A stretch of 32,000 nt of DNA, taken from NCBI GenBank assembly GCA_964577555.1, contig CAZNZM010000006.1:37501-69500 (forward strand). Reading direction: 5' to 3'. Below are positions 16,806 through 25,310 of the stretch, piece by piece. Source of the stretch: an uncultured archaeon. GTDB taxonomy: Archaea; Iainarchaeota; Iainarchaeia; Iainarchaeales; Iainarchaeaceae. The notes beneath the pieces were generated by a model. It did not search any database. It saw nothing but the letters and a program-made list of their open reading frames with translations, and was not told where the DNA came from. The translations under genes and the position numbers were made by a program. The stretch's first letter is position 1, and each line of letters starts with the position of its first letter.

Positions 16806-16843
16806 GTTATCTTATACTATTATTCATGTTTTTTTATTTATTG

Positions 16844-18193
16844 TTATTTTGACAGTTTTTGTATTTTGTAAAAAATTTTTTTGAGCAAATCAAAGTCCAC
16901 TTTGTCTGGCAATAATACCTCGACTATTGAAAATGTTTTAATAGATTTTTTTATGATCACAATTTTTGAAAATAAATCTATAACTGCTGATATTAGCCTG
17001 CTTATTGCAATGCCAATTATATGAAGTTTCATAGTCAAAAAATAGCCCGTTAGCACGCTAATAATTAAAACCAGAATTGATGCGCCAGTCAATGCTTTTT
17101 GTTGTTTTAAATTGAAAATAATGGGTTTATATGGCGTATTTAGAATTATTGTGAAGATTATTAGAATGAATATTTTTAGAGCGTTTGCATTTTCTTGGAT
17201 ATTTTTATCCGGAATAGTTTTTAAAAACCAATCAACGCCAAACAGTATTATAAAAATAATAAGCGGAATGGAAAAATAAAAAACGTATTTTGTTGCTCTT
17301 ATTATAATGTTTTTAGAGTTTTTCAATCCGCCTAATTTGGCTACAAGAGGATAAAATATAGTATCAAGCGGTTCAAAGAACTTAGCCAAAATTGAGTAAA
17401 ATTTTGTAATTGCAAAATAAACTCCAGCCCATTTTACACCCAATACATGCTCAACAATCCAAATGGGAATATTGGCTTCAAGGTTTTTTATTTGAGAATT
17501 CAACAAAGCCCATTTGCCATGGCTTTTTAAGGTTTGTATGATTAGCGACTTGTCAGTATTCCTTTCTTTTAATAGAGTTTTTATTTCACTTGGTATTTTT
17601 GTTGCTCTTGCGAATATTGTGAAAATGTCAGACAAAATCATTGCCAAAAAAATCAATTCAACGCTTTTACCAACAAAAAAGAATAATACTGCTAACAAAA
17701 AAAGTTTTGAAATTGAATCAATAATTTGAAAAAAAACAAGTTTTTTAAAATCCGCGACAGTTTCAAACGAGGTTTGATACACAAGCTTTATTCCTGAAGT
17801 AAATATAAGAATTGAAACTAGTTGGATTATTGAAGAAATATTTTTTTTAAAAAAATCAGCAATCAAACCGCTAGAAAAAAAAACCACAAAAAACAAAATT
17901 AAACCAACTGCGATTTGAGTGTAAGCATATCCTTTAAACAACCCAGCAGCTCTTTTAACATTTCCTTCATTTAAATCCTTTGATACATCAGATATTACAA
18001 CTTTTGACAAACCCAAGTCAATTAAAAAAGTAGCCAACGAAAGCCCAGAAACAGCAAGCCCATAAACGCCTAAATCATAAGTGGTTATGGAACTTATAAT
18101 AAAAATAAATATTGCATAGTTTATAGCGGTAATTAGCAAATTATTTCCAGCAATCAAACCCATGCTTTTAAAAATTTCCTTTAAATTACCCAT
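16844..18193 (-). CDS. Wzx/MOP-superfamily oligosaccharide flippase (polysaccharide biosynthesis protein family)
   Basis: About 450-aa polytopic protein with a MOP-like N-terminus: GLIAGNNLLITAINYAIFIFIISSITTYDLGVYGLAVS. ATG at 18193. An alternative GTG at 18202 is the track start. Confidence 0.7.
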   Translation of the reverse strand: MGNLKEIFKSMGLIAGNNLLITAINYAIFIFIISSITTYDLGVYGLAVSGLSLATFLIDLGLSKVVISDVSKDLNEGNVKRAAGLFKGYAYTQIAVGLILFFVVFFSSGLIADFFKKNISSIIQLVSILIFTSGIKLVYQTSFETVADFKKLVFFQIIDSISKLFLLAVLFFFVGKSVELIFLAMILSDIFTIFARATKIPSEIKTLLKERNTDKSLIIQTLKSHGKWALLNSQIKNLEANIPIWIVEHVLGVKWAGVYFAITKFYSILAKFFEPLDTIFYPLVAKLGGLKNSKNIIIRATKYVFYFSIPLIIFIILFGVDWFLKTIPDKNIQENANALKIFILIIFTIILNTPYKPIIFNLKQQKALTGASILVLIISVLTGYFLTMKLHIIGIAISRLISAVIDLFSKIVIIKKSIKTFSIVEVLLPDKVDFDLLKKIFYKIQKLSK

Positions 18194-18205
18194 GTTTTTC
18201 ACAAT

Positions 18206-19168
18206 TTATTTGTTCAATTTCTTTTCTTTTTGATAATCCAAATACCATTCTATAAACATAGGTATCCCTTTTTCTAGCTTGATTTTTGGCTTGAACCCTA
18301 TTGTTTTTTTTGCAAGCGTAATATCCGCTATTGTGCTTTTTACATCTTCCAATTTTCCTTTTTTTATTTCTATTTTTGCTTTTTTTCCAAGGTTTTCTTC
18401 GATTAAGCTTATTATTTTTTTAAGCGTGTTTGGTTGAGAATTTCCTATGTTGTATATTTTGAATCCTTTACATTTTTTTATTGATAGCATTATTGCGTCT
18501 ATTGTGTCGCTAACATATGTAAAGTCTCTTTCTATTTCCATTGAACCAAATACTTCTATTTTTTTTCCATGAAAAATATTGTTTGTAAATTTGTATACAG
18601 CCATGTCCGGCCTTCCGCCGGGACCGTAAACCGTAAAAAGTCTTGGAATCATGATTTCTGTTCTGTTGATATGGTGTAATGCTTCAGCCATTGCCTCCAT
18701 GCTGATTTTTGAAGCTGCATAGATACTGCACGGCGTATTAATAGTCATTGTTTCTTTGAATGGAGGTTTTTGCAAGCCGTACACGCTTGATGTTGATGCA
18801 GCAACCACTTTTTTTATTCCTTCTTCCTCAGCAAATTTCAGTATGTTTGCAGTACCAAGAACGTTGGTGAGTATGTAACTTGATGGTTTTTTTGTTGATT
18901 CTCTTACCCCTGTTTTTGCGGCAAGGTGTATTATATGTGTTATTCCCATTCCTTTCAGTTTTGAAAGGTCTTTTGTTTTTGTAATATCCAATTTGGCAAA
19001 TTCACCGTATTTTCCAGATTTTATTTTTTTAATGTTTTCCAGTTTTATGTCAAGACCGTATGTGTTGCTTAGGTTATCTATTCCTATGAATTTTATTTTT
19101 TCTTTTTCCAACCTTTCAACAAGGTTTCCTCCAATAAAACCTGCAGCGCCTGTTACAAGAATTTTCAT
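18206..19168 (-). CDS. Extended SDR, NAD-dependent nucleotide-sugar epimerase (UDP-glucuronate 4-epimerase-like)
   Basis: 320 aa. Motifs TGAAGFIGGNL, STSSVYG and YAASK. Confidence 0.75.
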   Translation of the reverse strand: MKILVTGAAGFIGGNLVERLEKEKIKFIGIDNLSNTYGLDIKLENIKKIKSGKYGEFAKLDITKTKDLSKLKGMGITHIIHLAAKTGVRESTKKPSSYILTNVLGTANILKFAEEEGIKKVVAASTSSVYGLQKPPFKETMTINTPCSIYAASKISMEAMAEALHHINRTEIMIPRLFTVYGPGGRPDMAVYKFTNNIFHGKKIEVFGSMEIERDFTYVSDTIDAIMLSIKKCKGFKIYNIGNSQPNTLKKIISLIEENLGKKAKIEIKKGKLEDVKSTIADITLAKKTIGFKPKIKLEKGIPMFIEWYLDYQKEKKLNK

Positions 19169-19169
19169 A

Positions 19170-19283
19170 TTATTTATTTTTTGTTGTAATACATTTTAAA
19201 GCTTCAAGTAAAGGTTTTTTTGCACCTTCTGTACCAAAACCAATATAATTTTCCGCTATTTTTCCATTTTTATTGGTATGCAT
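19170..19283 (-). CDS. Hypothetical 37-aa micro-ORF filling the only sizeable gap in this part of the operon
   Basis: Hand translation: MHTNKNGKIAENYIGFGTEGAKKPLLEALKCITTKNK*. The ATG lies inside the last codons of the upstream GT4 gene, and the stop ends 1 nt before the next ATG (19168). It is below the ORF-track size cutoff and has no recognisable family. Confidence 0.25.
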   Translation of the reverse strand: MHTNKNGKIAENYIGFGTEGAKKPLLEALKCITTKNK

Positions 19284-20346
19284 TAATTATTTTTTCATAA
19301 TTTTTTTCCAAAGAATAATTTTCCGCTTTTTTCTTCAAGTCTTTTTGCAATTTTATTTTTTCTTCTATTCCAATTTTTATCATGTTTTTTATTGCTTTTG
19401 CCGCTTCTTCCGGTTTTGAGTAATCCACCAAACAGTTTTTGAAATCCGAGAGTATTGATTTAAAACCCGAATTGTTTTGCACTATTGGAATGCATTTGCT
19501 TGCCATTGCTTCTACCAAAGAAATTCCAAATCCTTCATATTCGGAAGCCGAAATAAAAAATTCAGACGACGAATAAAGTTCTATGACTTGTTTTTCGCCA
19601 GGATTAAGTATGAATTCTATTTTTTCGGCAATTCCAAGTTCTTTGGCTTTTTTCAAATAATTTTCAAAAAGACCTTCGCTGTCAGTTCCTGCAATTGTAA
19701 GCTTGAAATTTTCATTTTTCAAGTTTGCAAGCGCATTAATCAACAATTCAATTCTTTTGTTTTTTGAGAATCTTCCAAGATAAAGCATAGTGCCAGGTTT
19801 TTTTTTGCCGCTTTTGAATTTTGAAATTACAATGCCATTTTCAATCAACGTTATTTTTTTACATATTTTTCCAAAAATTTCATAATCGTTTTTGCTGACT
19901 GCGATTACCTTATCGGCAAAACCGAGTAAAATCCTTTGTATTATGTTGAAATAAAACCATTTTGCGAGCCCAATATTTTTTGTATGAAATATTCCGCCAT
20001 GTGTTGATATTATTATTTTTTTTTTATGCAAAAATTTTGTTGCAAGAAGAAAATCAGAAAAAAACCCTATGCCGTGTATGTGAATTATATCAAATTCTTT
20101 TATTTTTTTTATTATTTGTGGAGATATTTTGTAGTATTTTAAATCCAAAAATTCAAGTCTTTCCACAGAAATTTTTTCCACTATACTTGTTTTTGGCAGT
20201 TTTTCTCGGTTGTTTGCGCATTTGTTCAAGCATATTACTTTTACTTTGTGTCCTTTTAATGCAAGCAATTTGCTTGTGTCAAACACTACTTTTTCTACCC
20301 CGCCAACGCAAGGATGGAAATGGTTGCATACTTGCAATATATTCAT
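19270..20346 (-). CDS. GT4/GT-B family glycosyltransferase
   Basis: The track ORF extends to 20580. Its first 78 codons overlap the upstream GT2 gene in another frame and look non-protein-like. ATG 20346 (MNILQVCNHFHPCVGGVEKVV...) forms an ATGA overlap with the GT2 stop. C-terminal motif: EFFISASEYEGFGISLVEAMA. Confidence 0.8.
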   Translation of the reverse strand: MNILQVCNHFHPCVGGVEKVVFDTSKLLALKGHKVKVICLNKCANNREKLPKTSIVEKISVERLEFLDLKYYKISPQIIKKIKEFDIIHIHGIGFFSDFLLATKFLHKKKIIISTHGGIFHTKNIGLAKWFYFNIIQRILLGFADKVIAVSKNDYEIFGKICKKITLIENGIVISKFKSGKKKPGTMLYLGRFSKNKRIELLINALANLKNENFKLTIAGTDSEGLFENYLKKAKELGIAEKIEFILNPGEKQVIELYSSSEFFISASEYEGFGISLVEAMASKCIPIVQNNSGFKSILSDFKNCLVDYSKPEEAAKAIKNMIKIGIEEKIKLQKDLKKKAENYSLEKNYEKIINAYQ

Positions 20347-21338
20347 TTTGCCATCACTCTTCCCAAAAAACCTGCTGGCAATCCAAGCATAAATGCCGCT
20401 GTCCTTACTTGTATCATGAAAATTGAGAATAATGCGACTTTCCAATCTTTTCCAGCCATGAAAAAAAAGGATTTTATTATGGTTGCAGTCGCAGCAATAA
20501 GCAATATTGTGTTTAATATAAGTAAAATTCCTGCTATTTCGTGTTGTCCTAAAAAGTAAAGTATTGGAACCATGAGCCATTGCAAGGTTCCAAAGTATCC
20601 TGCAATAATTTGCACTTTTATAGAGTCAGTAGTATAGGAATCGCTAATAATCTTGTCAGGGTGTTTGTAATAAAGTTTTACTCTGTAAAAAGCACGATAA
20701 AATTTAATCCAAAAATATTTTATGATTGATTCAGGGTGCGAGTGATAAACTATTGCTTTTGGATTGAAAACCAGTTTTCGTCCCTTTTTGGATATTTTAA
20801 AACTTAATTCAGGGTCTTCGCCAGATGCTTTTGGAAAAGATTCGTCAAATCCACCTGCCTTGAAGAAATCCTCTTTTCTATAAGCTGCAGAGTAACTTCC
20901 TATCCAATCCAATTTGTCTCTTGAAGCCAACATTTTTTTGTATCTTTCTTCAATTTCATATTGCACAAATATTGCTACCAAGGATTTTTGTTTTGTTTTG
21001 TATGCTCCTTGCACTCCAGCTACTTTTTTGTCTGAAAAAGGTTTCAACATTTCTTTCAACCAATTTAATTCAGCAATGCAGTCGGAATCGGTAAAAACCA
21101 GTATTTTTCCTTTTGCAATTTTTGCCCCATTGTTTCTTGCTGTTGCAGGCCCTGAATTTTTTTGGAATACAACTTTCGCTCCTAATTCTTTGGCAATTTT
21201 TGCAGTATTGTCTGTTGAACCATCATCAACTACAATTATTTCATAGTTGCCTTTATAATTCTGTTTTTTTAATGCTTTGATGCAATCCGCAATTGTTTTT
21301 TCGCTATTATATGCGGGAATTATTATGCTTGCATCCAT
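20343..21338 (-). CDS. GT2 glycosyltransferase with C-terminal TM region
   Basis: 331 aa. Motifs SIIIPAYNSEKTI, YEIIVVDDGSTDNT and FTDSDCIAELNWL, with a hydrophobic C-terminal third. Confidence 0.8.
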   Translation of the reverse strand: MDASIIIPAYNSEKTIADCIKALKKQNYKGNYEIIVVDDGSTDNTAKIAKELGAKVVFQKNSGPATARNNGAKIAKGKILVFTDSDCIAELNWLKEMLKPFSDKKVAGVQGAYKTKQKSLVAIFVQYEIEERYKKMLASRDKLDWIGSYSAAYRKEDFFKAGGFDESFPKASGEDPELSFKISKKGRKLVFNPKAIVYHSHPESIIKYFWIKFYRAFYRVKLYYKHPDKIISDSYTTDSIKVQIIAGYFGTLQWLMVPILYFLGQHEIAGILLILNTILLIAATATIIKSFFFMAGKDWKVALFSIFMIQVRTAAFMLGLPAGFLGRVMAK

Positions 21339-21911
21339 TCAGCTCACTTTTATTGCCTTGATAATCATTTCTTCTTGCAATTCCTTTGGAAGAAATTCAT
21401 GTATAATTTTTCTGAATATAAAAGTCCACTTGTTTTTGCTTCCATAAGAATTTTCTTCAGTATATGGTTGGCAGTAAAAATATTCTATTTTAAAACCGTT
21501 TTTTTCAAGAAGTTCTTTAAGCTCAAGATAATTGAACAAACTGAAATGCAATGGCGCGTGATAGTTTTTGAAAATCCTATTTATCAAGCTATCTCTGTTA
21601 GGAGTTGTTATTATAATAATTCCATTTTTTTTCAAAACTCTATTGGCTTCTTTTACGAATTTTTCAGGATGATGCAAATGTTCTATAAGTTCTCCAGCCA
21701 ATAAAGAATCAAAAAACCCGTTTTTGAAAGGTATTTTTTCAGCGCTGGCTTTTTTGTAGTGGCTTGTTTCTTTTTTGACTTCTATGTCTATGCCATAAAC
21801 GTTTTTTTCTCCAAGTCTTGAAATCAGTTTGCTGTGCAATTCTCCTACTGAAAAACCCACGTCAAGTATTTTACCCTTAAGATTAGATAATGCAAAATTT
21901 ATTCTGTCCAT
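21339..21911 (-). CDS. Class I SAM-dependent methyltransferase (Methyltransf_11-like)
   Basis: Motifs KILDVGFSVGEL, FDSLLAGELIEHLHHPEKF and GIIIITTPN. ATG at 21911. An alternative TTG at 21920 is the track start. The stop abuts the GT2 ATG (TGAATG). Confidence 0.7.
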   Translation of the reverse strand: MDRINFALSNLKGKILDVGFSVGELHSKLISRLGEKNVYGIDIEVKKETSHYKKASAEKIPFKNGFFDSLLAGELIEHLHHPEKFVKEANRVLKKNGIIIITTPNRDSLINRIFKNYHAPLHFSLFNYLELKELLEKNGFKIEYFYCQPYTEENSYGSKNKWTFIFRKIIHEFLPKELQEEMIIKAIKVS

Positions 21912-21977
21912 ATTAATCAAAAATAATAACGATTGTTGTTAATTAGTGTTTTGGAACACCGATATTTTTATTGCAAT

Positions 21978-23468
21978 TCAAGTTACTTGTTTTGTCGCCG
22001 CAGATTTTTTCCAAAAATCAATGTCAAACAAGTATTTTGCAAAGGTTTTTGCACCCATTATAAGCCTAGGAGCTTCTCGCGGCTGTGTTGCTATAAGCTT
22101 CAACCTGCTAATAATATATTCTGGCCTCATATAAAATTCTTTTCTAGCCAAATCGCATGCTTCAACAAGTTCTTTGGCTGAAAGCTTGTCAGTATTAAGC
22201 AAAGTATTGTGCGTTCCTTCAGCGGTAAGCCAATCATCCCAATTTGTAGTAGTTATGAATTTGTTTTCATAAGCCCATTTGAAAGCTTCAGTGCCAGGAT
22301 AAACCATCAAAGGAAAAAATTGTGCAGTATCAGGAGCAAGTTTCTTTGCCCATTCAACAGTCTTTCTAATAGTTTCCTTTGTTTCACCCTTGTTGCCCAT
22401 CATAAAACAACCATGCACAAGTATCCCAGCTTTTTTTGTATCATCCATGAATTGCTCTATATTTTCTATTCTTGTAACTTTCTTTATATTGTTAAATATT
22501 TCCTGCTCCGCGCTTTCAAAACCTACGCATAAAAGCCTGCACCCGGCTTTTTTCATCCATTGCAACGTTTCAAGATCAACGTCAGCGCGAGAATTACAAG
22601 TCCAAGTTACTTTAAGGCCTCTATTCACAACTTCCTTGCAAATCTCTATTGTCCTTTGCTTGTCTTGAGTAAGAGTATCATCTTCAATCATAATGTCCTT
22701 TACATATGGCAAATTTTTTGTTATCCATTCGAATTCATCAACAACATTTTTGACGCTTCTTGCCCTGTAAAAATGACCTGTCAAAGTTTGAGGCCATTTA
22801 CAAAAAGTGCACCTGAATTTACAACCCCTGCCTGTTATTATTGTGACTTCCGGATAAAGAACCGAAGGATAAAAATAATCCTTTATTTTCAAGTGCCTGT
22901 TATAAACTTCACTGACAAAAGGCATTTGATCCAAATCAGGTTGCTCAATAGGAGGCATATTCGGAGTGAACTTTATTTTGCCATCAGAATCCCTGTAAGT
23001 CAAACCCAACACATTATCCAACGGCTTGTTTTTTTCCAACGCCTCGGCAAGGTCCCTTACAATAAAATCATATTCGCCTCTTGCAACAGCATCTATTTTT
23101 TTGCTCGCATTAAGACTCATTTCAGGCAACGCGCTTACATGGGTTCCAACCATCAACGTAAAAGCTTCAGGCAATGCATCTTTAAGCTTCTCAACAACTT
23201 TAACATCATTATTAAACGACGCAGTCACGGAATCCACTACAATAAGCCTTGGCTTCCAATTATTCACTATTTCAATTACATCTTCAATTTTCATTCCAGA
23301 AGCTGGACAATCAAGAAGTTTCACATCATGCCCGGCTTTTTCTAACACTCCTGTAGCATAACCCATCCAAATAGGATAATAAACACAACCTCCTTTTGAA
23401 ATCGCAGGACTCCTGCTTGTCCTTGAAAACCTGTAAAGAAAAGGAGGATTCAACATCAATACTCTCAT
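21978..23468 (-). CDS. B12-binding-domain radical SAM enzyme (class B radical SAM, methylase-like)
   Basis: About 496 aa from ATG 23468 (MRVLMLNPPF...). The N-terminal B12-like domain contains LMLNPPFLYRFSRTSRSPAISKGGCVYYPIWMGYATGVLEKAGHDVKLLD. Radical SAM motif GRGCKFRCTFCKW (CxxxCxxC), followed by a TIM-barrel-like region with VGFESAEQ. Confidence 0.85.
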   Translation of the reverse strand: MRVLMLNPPFLYRFSRTSRSPAISKGGCVYYPIWMGYATGVLEKAGHDVKLLDCPASGMKIEDVIEIVNNWKPRLIVVDSVTASFNNDVKVVEKLKDALPEAFTLMVGTHVSALPEMSLNASKKIDAVARGEYDFIVRDLAEALEKNKPLDNVLGLTYRDSDGKIKFTPNMPPIEQPDLDQMPFVSEVYNRHLKIKDYFYPSVLYPEVTIITGRGCKFRCTFCKWPQTLTGHFYRARSVKNVVDEFEWITKNLPYVKDIMIEDDTLTQDKQRTIEICKEVVNRGLKVTWTCNSRADVDLETLQWMKKAGCRLLCVGFESAEQEIFNNIKKVTRIENIEQFMDDTKKAGILVHGCFMMGNKGETKETIRKTVEWAKKLAPDTAQFFPLMVYPGTEAFKWAYENKFITTTNWDDWLTAEGTHNTLLNTDKLSAKELVEACDLARKEFYMRPEYIISRLKLIATQPREAPRLIMGAKTFAKYLFDIDFWKKSAATKQVT

Positions 23469-23564
23469 TTTTTTCACCAACCAAATAATGCTTATTTTCA
23501 AATTTAATTATTATCACGTGTTAATTCCAATTATTTTTCAGTTTAAAAATCCTTTTTGGTACAA

Positions 23565-24281
23565 TCATTTTTCCCCAACAATTTTGTTTGCCCTCAACAA
23601 TTCATCAAAAGAACCAGCATCAAGCCATTCTTTTTCAAGCATGCTTGCAACAATGCTTCCGTCTTTTATATAATAATTGTGAATATCAGATATTTCAAGT
23701 TCGCCTCTGGCACTAGGTTTTAATGTTTTAATAACCTCAAAAACATGAGGCGTATACATATAAACTCCTACAACCACCAAATTAGTTGGCGGGTCTTTCG
23801 GCTTTTCAACCACTTTGACAACCTTACCCTTTTCAACTACAGCTACTCCAGCTTTTGCAGCTTCTTCCCTTGTAGTCTCATACAACAATATCCTTGCTTT
23901 TTCTTTCCCTCTTTCAAATTCCCTTACAAAAGGACTTATATCATCAAACAATATGTTGTCCCCGTTTATTGAAACAAACTTGTCATTACCAACAAATTCT
24001 TTTGCAAGCCCTATTGCTTGCGGCAAACCGCCAGCCTCATCCTGCACTCTGAAAGTAAAATTCACTCCAAAATCCTTGCCAGAACCAAGCAAACTAAAAA
24101 TATCCCCTGCATGATTAGTACCAGTAATAACAAGTATTTCCTTTATACCAGCTTTTTTTAGGGTTTCAATAGGATAATAAATCATCGGTTTATTGTAAAT
24201 TGGCAACAAATGCTTGTTAGTCACGTTTGTCAAAGGCCTCAACCTTGAACCAGTGCCACCAGCAAGAATAACACCTTTCAT
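23565..24281 (-). CDS. Short-form sugar-1-phosphate nucleotidyltransferase (glucose-1-phosphate thymidylyltransferase-like; could also serve as the missing heptose-1-P guanylyltransferase)
   Basis: 238 aa from ATG 24281, with GGTGG 5 nt upstream. Motifs MKGVILAGGTGSRLRPLT, GGLPQAIGLA and RGELEISD. Directly downstream of rfbB. Confidence 0.75.
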   Translation of the reverse strand: MKGVILAGGTGSRLRPLTNVTNKHLLPIYNKPMIYYPIETLKKAGIKEILVITGTNHAGDIFSLLGSGKDFGVNFTFRVQDEAGGLPQAIGLAKEFVGNDKFVSINGDNILFDDISPFVREFERGKEKARILLYETTREEAAKAGVAVVEKGKVVKVVEKPKDPPTNLVVVGVYMYTPHVFEVIKTLKPSARGELEISDIHNYYIKDGSIVASMLEKEWLDAGSFDELLRANKIVGEK

Positions 24282-24297
24282 GCAACCACCCAAAAAA

Positions 24298-25260
24298 TCA
24301 TTTTTTTGCTTTTAATGGCTTCCACCACCACTCATTATTTTTATACCATTCAATTGTTTCCACAAGCCCATCATAAAAATTCTTTTTAGGCTTCCAACCA
24401 AGAGCCATTAACTTTGAACTGTCAAGCGAATACCTTTTGTCATGCCCTGCCCTATCCTTAACAAACTGAATTTCAGAATCGCTTTTGCCCATACAAGAAA
24501 TTATTTTTTTAGCAACATCAATATTCCGCATTTCATTCCCGCCACCAATATTATAAATATTACCAGCCTTTCCTTTCTCCGCAACCAACATTATTCCATT
24601 ACAATTGTCTTTCACCCAAAGCCAATCCCTAACATTTGTGCCATCGCCATAAACAGGAATTTTTTTACCTTCAATAAGATTTGTTATCGCCAAAGGCAAA
24701 AACTTTTCAGGGTACTGATAAGGCCCATAATTATTAGAACTCCTTGTAACAACAACATTCAAATCATAAGTATTCGCATAACTCAAAGCCAACAAATCAC
24801 CTGCAGCCTTGCAAGCCGAATAAGGATTACGCGGCTCCAATTTGTCATCCTCACTACTAGAACCCTTTTCAATACTCCCATAAACCTCGTCAGTTGAAAC
24901 TTGAACAAACCTCTCCACTTTGTTTTTTCTCGCAACATCCAACATAACCTTAGTACCCATGACATTAGTTTTGACAAAAGGATCAGAATCAATTATAGAA
25001 TTATCAACATGACTCTCTGCCGCAAAATTAAAAACAACATCACAATCAACCATTGCCTTCTCAACAATTTTTTTATCAGCAATATCACCCTTCACAAACT
25101 CATAATTTTTTTTCTTCTCCAAACCCCTCAAATTATCCAAATTGCCGGCATAAGTCAACAAATCCAAGTTTACCACTTTTATACTTGTATTTTCAACAAG
25201 CATCCTGACAAAATTCGAACCAATGAATCCGCAACCGCCAGTTACAAGAACTTTTTCCAT
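24298..25260 (-). CDS. rfbB: dTDP-glucose 4,6-dehydratase
   Basis: 320 aa. Motifs TGGCGFIGSNFV, LTYAGNLDNL, FAAESHVDNSI, STDEVYG, YSACKAAGD, SNNYGPYQYPEK, NVRDWLWVKD, RAGHDKRYSLD and NNEWWW. Confidence 0.9.
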   Translation of the reverse strand: MEKVLVTGGCGFIGSNFVRMLVENTSIKVVNLDLLTYAGNLDNLRGLEKKKNYEFVKGDIADKKIVEKAMVDCDVVFNFAAESHVDNSIIDSDPFVKTNVMGTKVMLDVARKNKVERFVQVSTDEVYGSIEKGSSSEDDKLEPRNPYSACKAAGDLLALSYANTYDLNVVVTRSSNNYGPYQYPEKFLPLAITNLIEGKKIPVYGDGTNVRDWLWVKDNCNGIMLVAEKGKAGNIYNIGGGNEMRNIDVAKKIISCMGKSDSEIQFVKDRAGHDKRYSLDSSKLMALGWKPKKNFYDGLVETIEWYKNNEWWWKPLKAKK

Positions 25261-25310
25261 ATAGTCACTTAAAAAAATACTAATTCAATTAAATAAATCC
25301 TTTTGGTTCA

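Noticed and set aside
20347-20580. A 78-codon upstream extension of the GT4 ORF (MAHGSNTLLFRTTRNS...), which would make a 436-aa protein overlapping the GT2 gene.
   Set aside because: The extension lies in an alternative frame of the GT2 3' end and has non-protein-like composition. The internal ATG at 20346 gives a canonical GT4 N-terminus and a classic ATGA overlap.
22560-23345. A 261-aa plus-strand ORF (plus 22209-22532, 22390-22668 and 23026-23361) antisense to the radical SAM gene. Unusually long for a low-GC genome.
   Set aside because: The sequence is low-quality (rich in Phe, Ile, Asn and Arg) with no motifs. It fully overlaps a gene with strong family motifs on the other strand, so it is a typical shadow ORF of a less AT-rich coding region.
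23502-23520. A CACGTG palindrome (23515-23520) next to an AT-rich box upstream of the radical SAM gene, as a possible regulator site.
   Set aside because: It is a single 6-bp palindrome with imperfect flanks and occurs only once in the window's intergenic DNA. That is not distinguishable from chance, although the region may still hold an internal promoter.
24442-25272. Plus-strand ORFs of 151 aa and 123 aa antisense to rfbB.
   Set aside because: Shadow ORFs. rfbB on the minus strand carries a full set of dTDP-glucose 4,6-dehydratase motifs.
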